Assembly (NCBI GenBank): GCA_002421915.1
Contig: DISA01000042.1
Coordinates: 34,910-94,077, forward strand
DNA from: Gallionellaceae bacterium UBA6222
Lineage (GTDB): Bacteria; Pseudomonadota; Gammaproteobacteria; Burkholderiales; Gallionellaceae
DNA: 59,168 bases
Reading direction: 5' to 3'
Shown: positions 39,101-49,285 of the stretch, in pieces
Layout of the letters: every line of letters starts with the position of its first letter
How positions within the stretch are numbered: the first letter of the stretch is position 1
Notes under the pieces: generated by a model
Database searches by the model: none
Seen by the model: only the letters and a program-made list of their open reading frames with translations
What the model was told of the DNA's origin: nothing
Position numbers and translations under genes: made by a program

Positions 39101-39996
39101 GATTTAGCGTTGCCCGGTGGCGCGGCGTCAATCTGCCGGCGCAATTCGGCGTTCTCATCCACCAGTTCTTTCATGCGCAGTTCGCGCCCGACGGTGAGTT
39201 TCTGGAAGCGCAACAGCTCGTCAAGCTGTTGTTCCAGTTTTTGCCGGGCACGTTCCCGTTCGGCACTCACGCGGGAATCGCGCCGGTAGGAAATGCCCAG
39301 TGCCGCCAGCCCGATCAGCCATATCACTCCGTGGGACAACAACAGATTGTCGCGATGTTCTTGCCTGTGTGAGATAAAACGCCCCATTGCGATGGAGGAA
39401 CTGATTCCGCCGCGGACATCGCCTGTCTTCTGCCTCGTATGGCATCCCGTGCATTCCTGTTCAACCCTGAGTGGCTTCATCATCCTCAGATGTGGCTGCC
39501 CGTTGATCTGCAATATCTCCAGATATTCCCGGCCACCCCGCTCGAAGCTTGCCAATGCCCTGCTCTCCCACTCGTCGGCCGCATTCAGCGGGTTGAGTGG
39601 ATGCAGGCTGGAGATGCGGCTCATGACGCCATAATCGTCGGGGAAATCCGTCTGTATTTCGCGCAGCACATAGGCGTGATTCATCAGGGTCAGCGCCTTG
39701 CCGGTGGTGGTGACCACATCGCGCTCCGGAACATTGAGATAGGGGTTGGGCGGCGTATGCCCGGTCGGACTGACATAGACACCACCATGAGAGTTGACCC
39801 ATTTGCGCAAACCAAAATCTTTCTGGATATTGGCGCGGACAGTTGCGGCAGCCATCTTCACAGCATCCTGCTTTCCCGCTTGCAGGTTCCACAGCAACGA
39901 TACGCCCGCCACGACACACCACACCAGCGCCAGCAGACCGTAACGCCGGGGCAGTGAGGTCAACAAAAAGTCGGGGCGGATATCGTTCATTTTCAA
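39097..39996 (-). CDS. Membrane heme-c sensor (DUF3365/Tll0287-like) with no output domain
   Basis: Two TM segments, HGGVYV, NAADEWE, CTGCH, GDVRGGIS; coiled-coil tail. Confidence 0.8.
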   Translation of the reverse strand: MKMNDIRPDFLLTSLPRRYGLLALVWCVVAGVSLLWNLQAGKQDAVKMAAATVRANIQKDFGLRKWVNSHGGVYVSPTGHTPPNPYLNVPERDVVTTTGKALTLMNHAYVLREIQTDFPDDYGVMSRISSLHPLNPLNAADEWESRALASFERGGREYLEILQINGQPHLRMMKPLRVEQECTGCHTRQKTGDVRGGISSSIAMGRFISHRQEHRDNLLLSHGVIWLIGLAALGISYRRDSRVSAERERARQKLEQQLDELLRFQKLTVGRELRMKELVDENAELRRQIDAAPPGNAKS

Positions 39997-40136
39997 TGAG
40001 TGGAGTCGCGCGCAACGTTGCCTCTGACAAAGTCGTTCAGAGGCCGCAACACTACACCACTGTTGAAAAAATGGGTATATGCCGAAAAATATAGATGCTC
40101 CAACCCGCCACAGCGGCCGGAACGGCTACGTTAATG

Positions 40137-41045
40137 TCATGCCGCCTCGTCTGCCACTGCCAGCGTGCCGGCGCGACCGTCCACTTCGCGCATCACCACT
40201 TCATGCAACGGTAGCGTTTCTGCCTTCAGAGTTTGCAGATACTGCCGCATGGAAACCAGCTCGTAGCCCTGCGCCTGCCAACCCTGGAGCAGCTGCTCGA
40301 AGATCGGCAGCCATTTCTGCCCTTCCAGTTCGGCATGCAGGGTATAGACGTGGCCGGTCTCCGGAAAAGTTTGCGTCAGGCCCAGAAGGTGTTGCGCCAC
40401 GTTATCCACGGTGATGTCGTCGCGCCCGATGAGTTCATCCAGCGTCGGCAAGGTGGTGGGCAATTGCGGGCAGGCGATGATCTCGGCCTCCCAAGTCGGG
40501 ATGAAGGGATGGGTGCCGCGCGTGTCCGAGCTGTAGTCGAAACCCAGATGCTGAGTCTGGCGCAGGGCGTGGCGGTTGGTCTGCCAGCCGGCAGCGGCAT
40601 GCGCCCTGGGGGCTTCGCCGAAGATTTCCGTGTAACGGTCCACCGCGCGTTGCAGTTCGCGCCGCGTCCACGCCTCGCCCTTCTGCACCACGTGATCCTG
40701 CCAGCGGATGTGGTCGTAGCAATGGATACCGACTTCGAATCCCGCATCGCGCACCGAGCGCAGGATATCGGCGCACTTCCTGCCGATGTCCGGGCCGGGC
40801 AACAAAGTGCCGTACAACAGCGTCTTGATGCCGTAATGCTCGACCACGGAAGTGCGCGAGACCTTGCTCAAGAAACCGGGACGGAACACACGCTTGATGG
40901 CGCGCCCGGTGTGGTCCGGGCCGAGCGAGAAGAAGAACGTCGCCTGCGCCTGATAGCGCTGCAAGGCATCAACCAGGCGCGGCACACCTTCGCGTGTGCC
41001 GCGATAGGTATCGACGTCGATTTTCAGGGCGAGTTGTTTGGACAT
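40137..41045 (-). CDS. arnD: ArnD-like deformylase (polysaccharide deacetylase family)
   Basis: LKIDVDT.RGTREGVP, SLGPDHTGR, HAELEG; arn context. Confidence 0.85.
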   Translation of the reverse strand: MSKQLALKIDVDTYRGTREGVPRLVDALQRYQAQATFFFSLGPDHTGRAIKRVFRPGFLSKVSRTSVVEHYGIKTLLYGTLLPGPDIGRKCADILRSVRDAGFEVGIHCYDHIRWQDHVVQKGEAWTRRELQRAVDRYTEIFGEAPRAHAAAGWQTNRHALRQTQHLGFDYSSDTRGTHPFIPTWEAEIIACPQLPTTLPTLDELIGRDDITVDNVAQHLLGLTQTFPETGHVYTLHAELEGQKWLPIFEQLLQGWQAQGYELVSMRQYLQTLKAETLPLHEVVMREVDGRAGTLAVADEAA

Positions 41046-41054
41046 CGCAGATCA

Positions 41055-41115
41055 CCCTCTCCCCCAACCCCTCTCCCGCGCGCGGGAGAGGGGTGCGCGT
41101 TAGCGCGGGAGAGGG
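41055..41115. repeat. CCCTCTCCC-type palindromic repeat, intergenic
   Basis: CCCTCTCCCCCAACCCCTCTCCCGCGCGCGGGAGAGGGG...GGGAGAGGG. Confidence 0.8.
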
Positions 41116-41121
41116 CTGAAA

Positions 41122-42165
41122 TCAGTCCACCAGACCGCGTGCTTCGGCGATCTGCGTGCGGTATGCGTCAAAGATCTTGCGCAGGGTGTCGGCCATGGTG
41201 GTGGTCGGTTTCCAGCCCAGCTCTTCGCAGGTGTTGGTGATCTTCGGCACGCGGTTCTGCACGTCCTGATAGCCCTTGCCGTAGTAGGCGTCGGAAGTCG
41301 TTTCGACGATCTTCACCCTCTGGGCGGAATCGCGGTACTCGGGATACTCGTTCGCCAGCTTCAGCATCATGTCGGCCAGGTCGCGGATGGCGAAGTTGTT
41401 GGTCGGGTTGCCGATGTTGTAGATCTTGCCGGTGGCGATGCCATCCTTGTTGGCGATGATCTTCATCAGCGCGTCAATGCCGTCGTCGATGTAGGTGAAG
41501 GCGCGTTTCTGGTGGCCACCGTCAACCAGACTGATGTTGTTGCCGCGAATGATGTGGCCCAAGAACTGGGTCACCACGCGTGAGCTGCCTTCCTTCGGGG
41601 TGTTGATCGAATCCAGACCGGCACCGATCCAGTTGAACGGACGGAACAGGGTGAAGTTCAGGTTGTCCTGCATGCCGTAGCCCCAGATCACGCGGTCCAT
41701 CAGCTGCTTGGAGTTGGAATAGATCCAGCGCGGTTTGTTGATCGGGCCGCAGACCAGCTCGGAATTTTCCGGGTCAAATTCCTCGTCGTGGCACATGCCG
41801 TACACTTCGGAAGTGGACGGGAACACCAGGTGTTTGTTGTACTTCACGCAGGCGCGGACGATGGGCAGGTTGGCTTCGAAGTCCAGCTCGAACACGCGCA
41901 GCGGTTGCTTGACGTAAGTGGCCGGCGTGGCGATGGCCACCAGCGGCAGGATCACATCGCATTTCTTGACGTGGTACTCAACCCATTCCTTGTTGATGGT
42001 GATGTCGCCTTCAAAGAAATGAAAGCGCGGCTTGCCGATCAGGTCGGAGATGCGGTCGGTGCTCATGTCCATGCCATAGACTTCCCAGTCGGTGGTGGCC
42101 AGGATGCGGTTGGACAGATGGTGACCGATGAAACCGTTCACGCCGAGGATCAATACTTTTTTCAT
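41122..42165 (-). CDS. UDP-glucuronate dehydrogenase/decarboxylase (ArnA C-terminal half)
   Basis: LGVNGFIG, LRVFELDFEANL, STSEVYG, RWIYS.SK, RPFNW. Confidence 0.93.
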   Translation of the reverse strand: MKKVLILGVNGFIGHHLSNRILATTDWEVYGMDMSTDRISDLIGKPRFHFFEGDITINKEWVEYHVKKCDVILPLVAIATPATYVKQPLRVFELDFEANLPIVRACVKYNKHLVFPSTSEVYGMCHDEEFDPENSELVCGPINKPRWIYSNSKQLMDRVIWGYGMQDNLNFTLFRPFNWIGAGLDSINTPKEGSSRVVTQFLGHIIRGNNISLVDGGHQKRAFTYIDDGIDALMKIIANKDGIATGKIYNIGNPTNNFAIRDLADMMLKLANEYPEYRDSAQRVKIVETTSDAYYGKGYQDVQNRVPKITNTCEELGWKPTTTMADTLRKIFDAYRTQIAEARGLVD

Positions 42166-42194
42166 TTTTATTTCCTTAACAATTAAATGACATC

Positions 42195-42262
42195 GTCATT
42201 TCGGGCTTGACCAGGAATCCAGTATTTTTATTGGACCGGATTCCCGCCTGCGCGGGAATGAC
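42195..42262. repeat. Inverted pair of GTCATTCCCGC...GGGAATCC-type REP repeats
   Basis: GGATTCCCGCCTGCGCGGGAATGAC and a degenerate inverse partner. Confidence 0.7.
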
Positions 42263-42279
42263 AAAACCTTGGTAGTACC

Positions 42280-43200
42280 TCATGCAAATTCAAATTTCCC
42301 TGCGCCGTGCCTCGCCGCAAATTCTTCTGCGCTCATCCCAACACCGTCCAACTCGAAGCGCACCACGCGCAACACCCCGCTGGCGCAGATCGCATACGCC
42401 TTGCCCTCTTTCACGTAGAAGGCGGGGGATTCCCTGCCTTCTGCCGTGCATTTCGTCACCAGCGTCTGCAGGATGCGCATCGGCTTGCCCATCATCCGCG
42501 TCATCGCACCCGGATACGGCGGCGCCACGGCACGCACCAGGTTGTGTATTTCCCGTGCCGATCGCGACCAGTCGATGATGCCGTCCTCCGCCTTGCGTCC
42601 GCCGAAATACGCGCCCTGGCTCAAATCCTGTTTGATGCGCGGCGCCTTGCCCGCCAGCAGCGCCGGCAACACACCGTTCAGCGCCATCTCCGCTGCGACG
42701 GTCACTTTCTGGAACACCTCATGCGCCGTGTCGTTGGGCAGGATGGGCACCGCCTGTTGTGCCACGATGTCGCCGTTGTCCGGTTTCTCGGTCATGTAAT
42801 GCAGCGTCGCGCCGGTTTCCGTTTCGCCGCGGATTATCGCCCAATTCACCGGCACCCGCCCGCGGTATTTGGGCAGCAGCGAACCGTGCATGTTCAGCGC
42901 GCCGCGCTTGGGAATGGCCAGCAGTGGCGCTTTCAACATCTCGCGGTAATAGAAGGAAAAGAAAAAATCCGGCTGCAAGCCGCGTATCTGTTCCACCACC
43001 TCCGGCGTATTCGGATTATCCGGGGTGATGGTCGGAATACCATGCAACTCGGCCAACCGCTGCACGCTCTCGAACCAGATGGTTTCTTTGGGATTGTCGC
43101 GGTGGGTCACCACCAGTTTGACCTCCACACCGTGCGCCAACAACACCGACAAACAGCGAACGCCAACGTTGTGGTAAGCAAAAACGACAGCGCTACTCAT
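42280..43200 (-). CDS. UDP-L-Ara4N formyltransferase (ArnA N-terminal half)
   Basis: VFAYHNVG, NMHGSLLPKYRGR, PYPGA. Confidence 0.92.
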   Translation of the reverse strand: MSSAVVFAYHNVGVRCLSVLLAHGVEVKLVVTHRDNPKETIWFESVQRLAELHGIPTITPDNPNTPEVVEQIRGLQPDFFFSFYYREMLKAPLLAIPKRGALNMHGSLLPKYRGRVPVNWAIIRGETETGATLHYMTEKPDNGDIVAQQAVPILPNDTAHEVFQKVTVAAEMALNGVLPALLAGKAPRIKQDLSQGAYFGGRKAEDGIIDWSRSAREIHNLVRAVAPPYPGAMTRMMGKPMRILQTLVTKCTAEGRESPAFYVKEGKAYAICASGVLRVVRFELDGVGMSAEEFAARHGAGKFEFA

Positions 43201-44134
43201 CGTGCTTTTCCAGCACCGCCTCGATCAGGTAGCGCGGGCGGTGGCGCACTTGCTGGTAGATGCGCCCGATGTACTCGCCCAGCAGGCCGATACCAAACAA
43301 GGCAATGCCGATGAGGAAGAACATCAGCGCAAACAGGGTGAACAGCCCCTCCGCTTCGGGACCGATCCACAGGCGGCGTATCACCAGGAACACAAAGAAG
43401 AAAGCGGACAGCACCGAGATCAGCATCCCCAGCATGGAGAACATCTGCAAGGGCACCAGCGAAAAGCTGGTCATCAGGTCGAAGTTGAGGCGGATCAGGC
43501 TATACATCGAATACTTGGATTCGCCCGCCGCGCGCTCCTCGTGCCCCACCACCACCTCGGCCGGATTCTTTGCAAAACTGTAGGCCAGCGCCGGGATGAA
43601 GGTATTCACTTCCTTGCAACTGTTGATCGCGTCGATGATGTTGCGGTCGTAGGCGCGGAACATGCAGCCCTGGTCGGTCATCTTGATGCGGGTGATCTTT
43701 TCGCGCAGGCCGTTCATCGCGCGCGAGGCGACATGGCGCCACCAGCTGTCATTGCGCTGGCGGCGGATGGAGCCGACGTAATCGTGCCCCTCGTCCATCT
43801 TCGCCAGCAGCAGGTGCGTGTCTTCCGGCGGGTTCTGCAAATCGGCGTCCAGCGTGACGATGCGCCGGCCGCGGCACTGCTCGAAACCGGCCATGATCGC
43901 CATGTGCTGGCCGAAGTTGCCGTTGAACAGCACCACGCGCGTCACATCGGGGCGTTCCTGGAACTGCCCGCGCAGGATGGCGGCGGAACGGTCGCGGCTG
44001 CCGTCGTTGACGAACACGACTTCATAACTGATACCAAGCTTGTCCAGCGCGGGATACAGGCGATCGAACAGGGCCTGCAGGCCCTGTTCCTCGTTATAGA
44101 CGGGGATGACGACAGAAAGTTGGGGTGAACTCAT
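43193..44134 (-). CDS. arnC: Undecaprenyl-phosphate L-Ara4FN transferase (GT2)
   Basis: VIPVYNEE, NFGQHMA, DADLQNPP, two C-terminal TM segments. Confidence 0.9.
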   Translation of the reverse strand: MSSPQLSVVIPVYNEEQGLQALFDRLYPALDKLGISYEVVFVNDGSRDRSAAILRGQFQERPDVTRVVLFNGNFGQHMAIMAGFEQCRGRRIVTLDADLQNPPEDTHLLLAKMDEGHDYVGSIRRQRNDSWWRHVASRAMNGLREKITRIKMTDQGCMFRAYDRNIIDAINSCKEVNTFIPALAYSFAKNPAEVVVGHEERAAGESKYSMYSLIRLNFDLMTSFSLVPLQMFSMLGMLISVLSAFFFVFLVIRRLWIGPEAEGLFTLFALMFFLIGIALFGIGLLGEYIGRIYQQVRHRPRYLIEAVLEKHDE

Positions 44135-44176
44135 AGGGGCGGCATTTTAGCGCACAGGGGCAGAATGACGAAATAC

Positions 44177-44345
44177 CTAGATTGCCAGCAGCCTGCGCGC
44201 CAACAATGCCTGCATATCACGCCGTCCATCCACGATCAGAAATGTACACGCGCTGTCATATCACGCGGTAAATGACCCGATACGGCTTGAAAAGCGATTC
44301 GAGGTCTTTCTCCGCGCCTTCGGTGAGCAAAACCTCGTAGCTCAC
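44177..44345 (-). pseudogene. ParE/RelE toxin remnant (internal deletion, stop, frameshift)
   Basis: MSYEVLLTEGAEKDLES/LFKPYRVIYRVI*QRVYI/LIVDGRRDMQALLARRLLAI*. Confidence 0.8.
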
Positions 44346-44617
44346 CTACTTGCCCCCTTGGCGCGCAATCGCTGCACCACGTCGGCAACCGGCTTGGCCT
44401 TGCCCTTCTCAATTTCGTGATTGCCCAGCGCCAACACTTTCAGCAACGCCAAGGTTTCCTGCGTTGCCTCGAACGAAGCCACATCCTGAAGCACTGCCTT
44501 CGCCTCGCCGTTCTGTGTGATCACCATCGGCTGGCGATCTTCGGCCAATTGGTACAGCACCTCGGCAGCATTAGCCTTGAGATAACTGATGGGTTTTACC
44601 TGTGATGAGTAGCGCAT
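44342..44617 (-). CDS. Phd/YefM antitoxin
   Basis: VKPISYLKANAAE...PMVITQNGEAKAV. Confidence 0.9.
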   Translation of the reverse strand: MRYSSQVKPISYLKANAAEVLYQLAEDRQPMVITQNGEAKAVLQDVASFEATQETLALLKVLALGNHEIEKGKAKPVADVVQRLRAKGASR

Positions 44618-44730
44618 AAATACCCCCGTTAATTCAGCAGGACTGAATATAGTTCTTTTATGACCCTATAGTTCTTTTATGATCCTACGGCAAGTTCATG
44701 CGCCCGTATCCGGGCAATGGGCTACTGCTA

Positions 44731-45849
44731 TCAAGCCAGCACTTCCCGCACCGCGCCAACCACCCGCCCGACATCCGCTTCGCTCATCTTCGGGAACAGC
44801 GGCAGGCTGACGATGCGCCGCCCCACGCTTTCGGCGACGGGAAACATGCCTTCCCGGAAACCTCGCGCGCGGTACATCTTGAACAGGTGGATGGGCGGGT
44901 AATGCACGCCGCAGCCGATGTTGCGCGCCTTCATCTTCTCCATGAATTCGGCCCGCACCATGCCTTGCGGCAGCACGATCTGGAACATGTGCCAGTTGGT
45001 GTTCCGGAAATCTTTTATCGGAAGTTGCGCACCCGTTTCCCGCTCGAAGTCCGCGCCAAAGGTGGCGAAGTAGTGTTTGACCAGAGCATGGCGGCGCGCG
45101 GTGATGGCATCCAGTTGCTGCAACTGATTGAGTCCGATGACGGCGGCAACATCGGTCATGTTGAACTTGCCGCCGAGCACATCGACCTCCATGCCGTCGA
45201 AGCCGCTGCGGGTGACACCTTGCAGGCGATATTTTTCCGCCAGACGCGCATCGTCTTCGTTGTTCAGCACCAGGCAGCCGCCTTCGGTGGTGGTGAGGTT
45301 CTTGTTGGCTTGGAAGCTGAAGGAAACGAAATCACCGAAGCTGCCGATGCGTTTGCCCTGCCACAGCGAGCCGATGGCCTGCGCCGCGTCTTCCACCACG
45401 CGCAAGTTGTGGCGCTTTGCAATATCGTACAGCCGGTCGCGGTCCACCGGCAGGCCGGAAAGATCGACCGGGATGATGGCACGGGTGCGCGGCGTGATGG
45501 CAGTCTCGACCTTGTCCAGGTCGATGTTGCGCGTGACCGGGTCGATATCGGCGAACACCGGCGTCGCGCCGACTTCGAGGATGACATTGGAGGTTGCCAC
45601 CCAGGAGATGGGCGTGGTGATGACCTCATCGCCCGCGCCGATGCCGGCGATGCGCAGGGCGATCTCCATGGTGCAGGTGCCGGAGTTGAAGGTGCGCACC
45701 GGACGTCCGCCAAAATAGGCCGAGAGCTGCTTCTCGAACTCCTGTACCTTGGGGCCGCTGGTGATCCAGCCGGAACGCAGCACATCGACGACGGCGGCGA
45801 TGGCGGCTTCGTCGATGTGGGGTTTGGTGAAGGGTAAAAATTCACTCAT
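44731..45849 (-). CDS. arnB: UDP-4-amino-4-deoxy-L-arabinose aminotransferase (DegT family)
   Basis: SGWITSGP, EDAAQA, SFQANKNLTTTEGG. Confidence 0.9.
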   Translation of the reverse strand: MSEFLPFTKPHIDEAAIAAVVDVLRSGWITSGPKVQEFEKQLSAYFGGRPVRTFNSGTCTMEIALRIAGIGAGDEVITTPISWVATSNVILEVGATPVFADIDPVTRNIDLDKVETAITPRTRAIIPVDLSGLPVDRDRLYDIAKRHNLRVVEDAAQAIGSLWQGKRIGSFGDFVSFSFQANKNLTTTEGGCLVLNNEDDARLAEKYRLQGVTRSGFDGMEVDVLGGKFNMTDVAAVIGLNQLQQLDAITARRHALVKHYFATFGADFERETGAQLPIKDFRNTNWHMFQIVLPQGMVRAEFMEKMKARNIGCGVHYPPIHLFKMYRARGFREGMFPVAESVGRRIVSLPLFPKMSEADVGRVVGAVREVLA

Positions 45850-45895
45850 AAATTTCCGGCCTATATTTTTTAATCGTTCGTCATGCCGGCTGATC

Positions 45896-46267
45896 TCACG
45901 CCCTCGAAATGATGATGACGCCGAGGATGATGACGCCCATGCCGACCAGCTTGGTCACGCTGAAATCCTCGCCCAGCAGATATTTTGCGGCGATTGCGTT
46001 CACCACGTAAGCCATCGACAGCATCGGAAACGCGATGCTGACCGGCACCCGTGACAGCGCGAGGATCCACACCACCACGCTGATGCCGTAGCAGAACAGG
46101 GCGGTGACGATGTGCCATTCGGTCATGAGTTTCCAGCCGATGGGGACGACATTCGCCGCGCTGAACTCGAAATGACCGATGACGTTGGTGCCCGCCTTCA
46201 TCAAGATCTGCGCGGCGGCGTTGAGCATCACGCCGGCAAAGATCAGACTGAAACTGACGAAGTTCAT
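45896..46267 (-). CDS. SMR/EamA-type L-Ara4N-phosphoundecaprenol flippase subunit
   Basis: Four TM segments, [18 protein letters not shown]; arn context. Confidence 0.82.
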   Translation of the reverse strand: MNFVSFSLIFAGVMLNAAAQILMKAGTNVIGHFEFSAANVVPIGWKLMTEWHIVTALFCYGISVVVWILALSRVPVSIAFPMLSMAYVVNAIAAKYLLGEDFSVTKLVGMGVIILGVIIISRA

Positions 46268-47910
46268 GGTTTGACCACCACCACAAGTTGGTGGTCGCGA
46301 TAGATTTCCCTCATCTCCATCCCTTTTTCTTTCAGAATTTGCACGGCGAACAGCGGCATGATGGCATATGCTTCTGCATCGGTTTTCCAGCGCACCGCCA
46401 GCGCATCGGCATTCGGCAGCCATTTGTGCGGCTCCTGTCCGATGCCGAATGCCATCTCATCCTGAAAATCGACCAGGGTCAGCGTGCGCTTGAGATAGAA
46501 CGGCAAAGTCTGCTCGTAGTTATAAACCGAATAGAACGGCACATCCGGCTTGATCTGCGGCGCGATTGCCTCCGCGATCAGATAGGCGGAACGCTCGCGC
46601 GCGATGGTGTTGTAACCGGATACGCCGATCTGCGTCGCGAGCAGCGTGGACAACGCCAGTGTCACGATGGCGCCTGCCTTGTTGCCGCGCCGCAGGCCAT
46701 ACAGCGCGGCCACCATACCGCCCACCCAGATCAGTATCGCCACCGTCAGCCATGTCGCATACTCACCGTACATCTCGGTCTGCACCGGCGTATCCGCAAA
46801 ACGGTCGGTATTGACCACCACCAGCAACAGCGCGAGCAATACCGGCAGCAGCGGTGCGATCAGCCAGAAGGCGCGGCGCGCGTCCATCGCGGCGAGTTGT
46901 TTGCCCATCAGCAGCGCCAGGGCCGGGAACATCGGCAACAGATAGGACGGCAACTTGGAACTGGAGATGGTGAAAAAGAAGTAGATGAACACCGCCCACA
47001 CCAGCAGGAATCGCTCCGGGCTGAATGTTCGCGCCTGTGCTGTGCTGCCGCGCCAGGTGCGCAACAGCGCATCGAACATCAGCAATGTCCACGGCAGCAT
47101 GCCAAAGAGCAGCACCGGCACGAAATAGTGCCAAGGCTGGTAACGCCCGTGCACCTTGGTGGTGAAGCGTTCAAAGTGTTCGTGGATGAAGAAGAACTGG
47201 AAAAATTCCGGATTGGCGCGCATCACCAGCACGAACCACGGCGTGGCGACCAGCAGGAACACCAGCAGCCCGCTGACCCAGTGCATGCGCAGCCAGATCC
47301 TGACATCACGATTGAACAGCGAATACAGGAACAGCGCGGCACCCGGCAGGATCAGCCCCATCAGCCCTTTGCTCAACACCGCCAGCGCCATCGCCGCCCA
47401 GGCGAGCAGCATCCAATTTCGTCGTGGCGCGGTTGCCGATTCCTGTTGCGCCAGCAACAGCGCAAAAATACCGAGCGAGATAAAAAAAGTCACGCCCATA
47501 TCGAGCGTATTGACGTGCGACATCAGTGCATACAGGCTGCTGCTGCCGAGGATCAGCGCGGCATAAATGCCCGCCTCGCGCCCGAACAGGCGCGCCCCGG
47601 TGAACCCGGCCAGCAGTACCCCCGCCAATCCGGTCAGCGCCGCCCACAGCCGCGAGGTCCATTGATGCTCGCCAAACACTTCGTAAGCAACGGCGGTCGC
47701 CCAGTATTGCAGCGGCGGCTTCTCGAAGTATTTCAGGTCGTTCAGACGCGGCGTGACCCAGTCCCCGCTGACCACCATCTCGCGCGGGATCTCGGCATAG
47801 CGTCCCTCGTCCGGCTTGATCAGCTTGCGATATTCGAGATTGCCGAACCAGATGACGACGACGGCCACAATGAGCAGCCACAAGGAACGGCGGGAGAAAG
47901 CAGAATTCAT
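46264..47910 (-). CDS. arnT: L-Ara4N lipid A transferase (GT39/83)
   Basis: [26 protein letters not shown]. Confidence 0.92.
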   Translation of the reverse strand: MNSAFSRRSLWLLIVAVVVIWFGNLEYRKLIKPDEGRYAEIPREMVVSGDWVTPRLNDLKYFEKPPLQYWATAVAYEVFGEHQWTSRLWAALTGLAGVLLAGFTGARLFGREAGIYAALILGSSSLYALMSHVNTLDMGVTFFISLGIFALLLAQQESATAPRRNWMLLAWAAMALAVLSKGLMGLILPGAALFLYSLFNRDVRIWLRMHWVSGLLVFLLVATPWFVLVMRANPEFFQFFFIHEHFERFTTKVHGRYQPWHYFVPVLLFGMLPWTLLMFDALLRTWRGSTAQARTFSPERFLLVWAVFIYFFFTISSSKLPSYLLPMFPALALLMGKQLAAMDARRAFWLIAPLLPVLLALLLVVVNTDRFADTPVQTEMYGEYATWLTVAILIWVGGMVAALYGLRRGNKAGAIVTLALSTLLATQIGVSGYNTIARERSAYLIAEAIAPQIKPDVPFYSVYNYEQTLPFYLKRTLTLVDFQDEMAFGIGQEPHKWLPNADALAVRWKTDAEAYAIMPLFAVQILKEKGMEMREIYRDHQLVVVVKP

Positions 47911-47949
47911 CTTGACCGGGTGAAGAAGAGAATGGGCTCGAATTTTAAC

Positions 47950-49281
47950 CTAAAGTGCCTGGCGTGTTTCCTGTACCTCCACCATCGCCCCACCCTCGGC
48001 AAAAGTGACTTGCAGTTGGTCGCCCGCCGCAATGGTGGCGCTGCTGTGCACGAGGCGCCCTGCCGCGTCGCGCACCACACTGTAACCGCGTGCCAGAACC
48101 TGCTGTGGATCGAGATGCCGTACTTGCCGGTGCAAGGCAAGCAGGCGCGCATCCTGCCGCGCCAGATAAACCGTCATCGCCGAGTCCAGGCGGCGCGTGC
48201 CGACCGCCAGTCGCTCGCGCCTCTGCGCCACATCCGGCCGCAGGCGGTGCAGGCGTTGGCCGGTTGTCTGCCAGCGCCATTGTGCCTGTTGCAATGTACT
48301 GCCCTGGGCCAGCCGCAGGCGGCGCTGCAAGCCCTCCAGCTGATCGGCCTGCTGCCGGATGCGCTGTGCCGGGTGCACCAGCCGCCGTTGCAGATAATCC
48401 AGTTGTTGCATGCGTTGCTCGAACTGGCGCACGACAGCGTGTGCCATATGCCGGTACTGCCGCATCAGGTGCTGACGCAGTTCTTGCCGGTCTGGTACCA
48501 CTGCCTGCGCGGCTGCGGTCGGCGTCGCCGCACGCAGGTCGGCGACAAAATCTGCGATGGTGAAATCGGTCTCGTGCCCCACGCCGCTCACCACCGGGAT
48601 GGCACTGGCGACGATGGCACGTGCCACTGCTTCCTCATTGAATGCCCACAGATCCTCGATGCTGCCGCCGCCGCGACAGACAATCAGCACATCGCACTCG
48701 GCGCGCCGGTTCGCCGTCGCGATCGCCTGCGCGATCTTCTGCCCGGCCTCCACCCCCTGTACCGGCGTGGGATACAGCACTACCGGCACATTCGGCATGC
48801 GGTTCTCCAGTGTGCGCAACACGTCGCGCAGGGCGGCGGCCTGCGGCGAGGTCACGATACCAATTTGTTTTGGAAGTTGCGGCAGCTCGCGCTTGCGTGC
48901 GACATCGAACAGTCCCTCGCCTTCGAGTTTTTTCTTCAGTCGCTCGAACGCCTCGAACAGCGCCCCCAGCCCCGCCGGGCGCATTTTTTCCAGGGTTAGC
49001 TGGAAATCGCCGCGCGCCTCGTACAGGGTCGCCAGTGCCTGCACCTCGATCTGCATCCCGTTCGCCGGGCGGAAATCCAGATACTGGCTCTTGTGGCGGA
49101 ACATCACACAGCGCACCTGTGCCGCCTCGTCCTTGAGCGAGAAATACCAGTGGCCGGAAGCCGCGCTGACGAAATTGGAAATCTCGCCGCGCACCCAGAG
49201 CAGCGGCAAACCGCCCTCGATCAGCTGCTTCGCGGCGAGATTCAGCTCGCGCACGCTTAACACGGTGCCCTTATCCAACAT
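47950..49281 (-). CDS. xseA: Exodeoxyribonuclease VII large subunit
   Basis: GEISNF...[33 protein letters not shown]. Confidence 0.96.
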   Translation of the reverse strand: MLDKGTVLSVRELNLAAKQLIEGGLPLLWVRGEISNFVSAASGHWYFSLKDEAAQVRCVMFRHKSQYLDFRPANGMQIEVQALATLYEARGDFQLTLEKMRPAGLGALFEAFERLKKKLEGEGLFDVARKRELPQLPKQIGIVTSPQAAALRDVLRTLENRMPNVPVVLYPTPVQGVEAGQKIAQAIATANRRAECDVLIVCRGGGSIEDLWAFNEEAVARAIVASAIPVVSGVGHETDFTIADFVADLRAATPTAAAQAVVPDRQELRQHLMRQYRHMAHAVVRQFEQRMQQLDYLQRRLVHPAQRIRQQADQLEGLQRRLRLAQGSTLQQAQWRWQTTGQRLHRLRPDVAQRRERLAVGTRRLDSAMTVYLARQDARLLALHRQVRHLDPQQVLARGYSVVRDAAGRLVHSSATIAAGDQLQVTFAEGGAMVEVQETRQAL

Positions 49282-49285
49282 CGGA

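Noticed and set aside
41122..43200. arnA broken by the repeat at 42195-42262
   Set aside because: Both halves have their own start and stop and intact motifs; split arnA is a known natural arrangement
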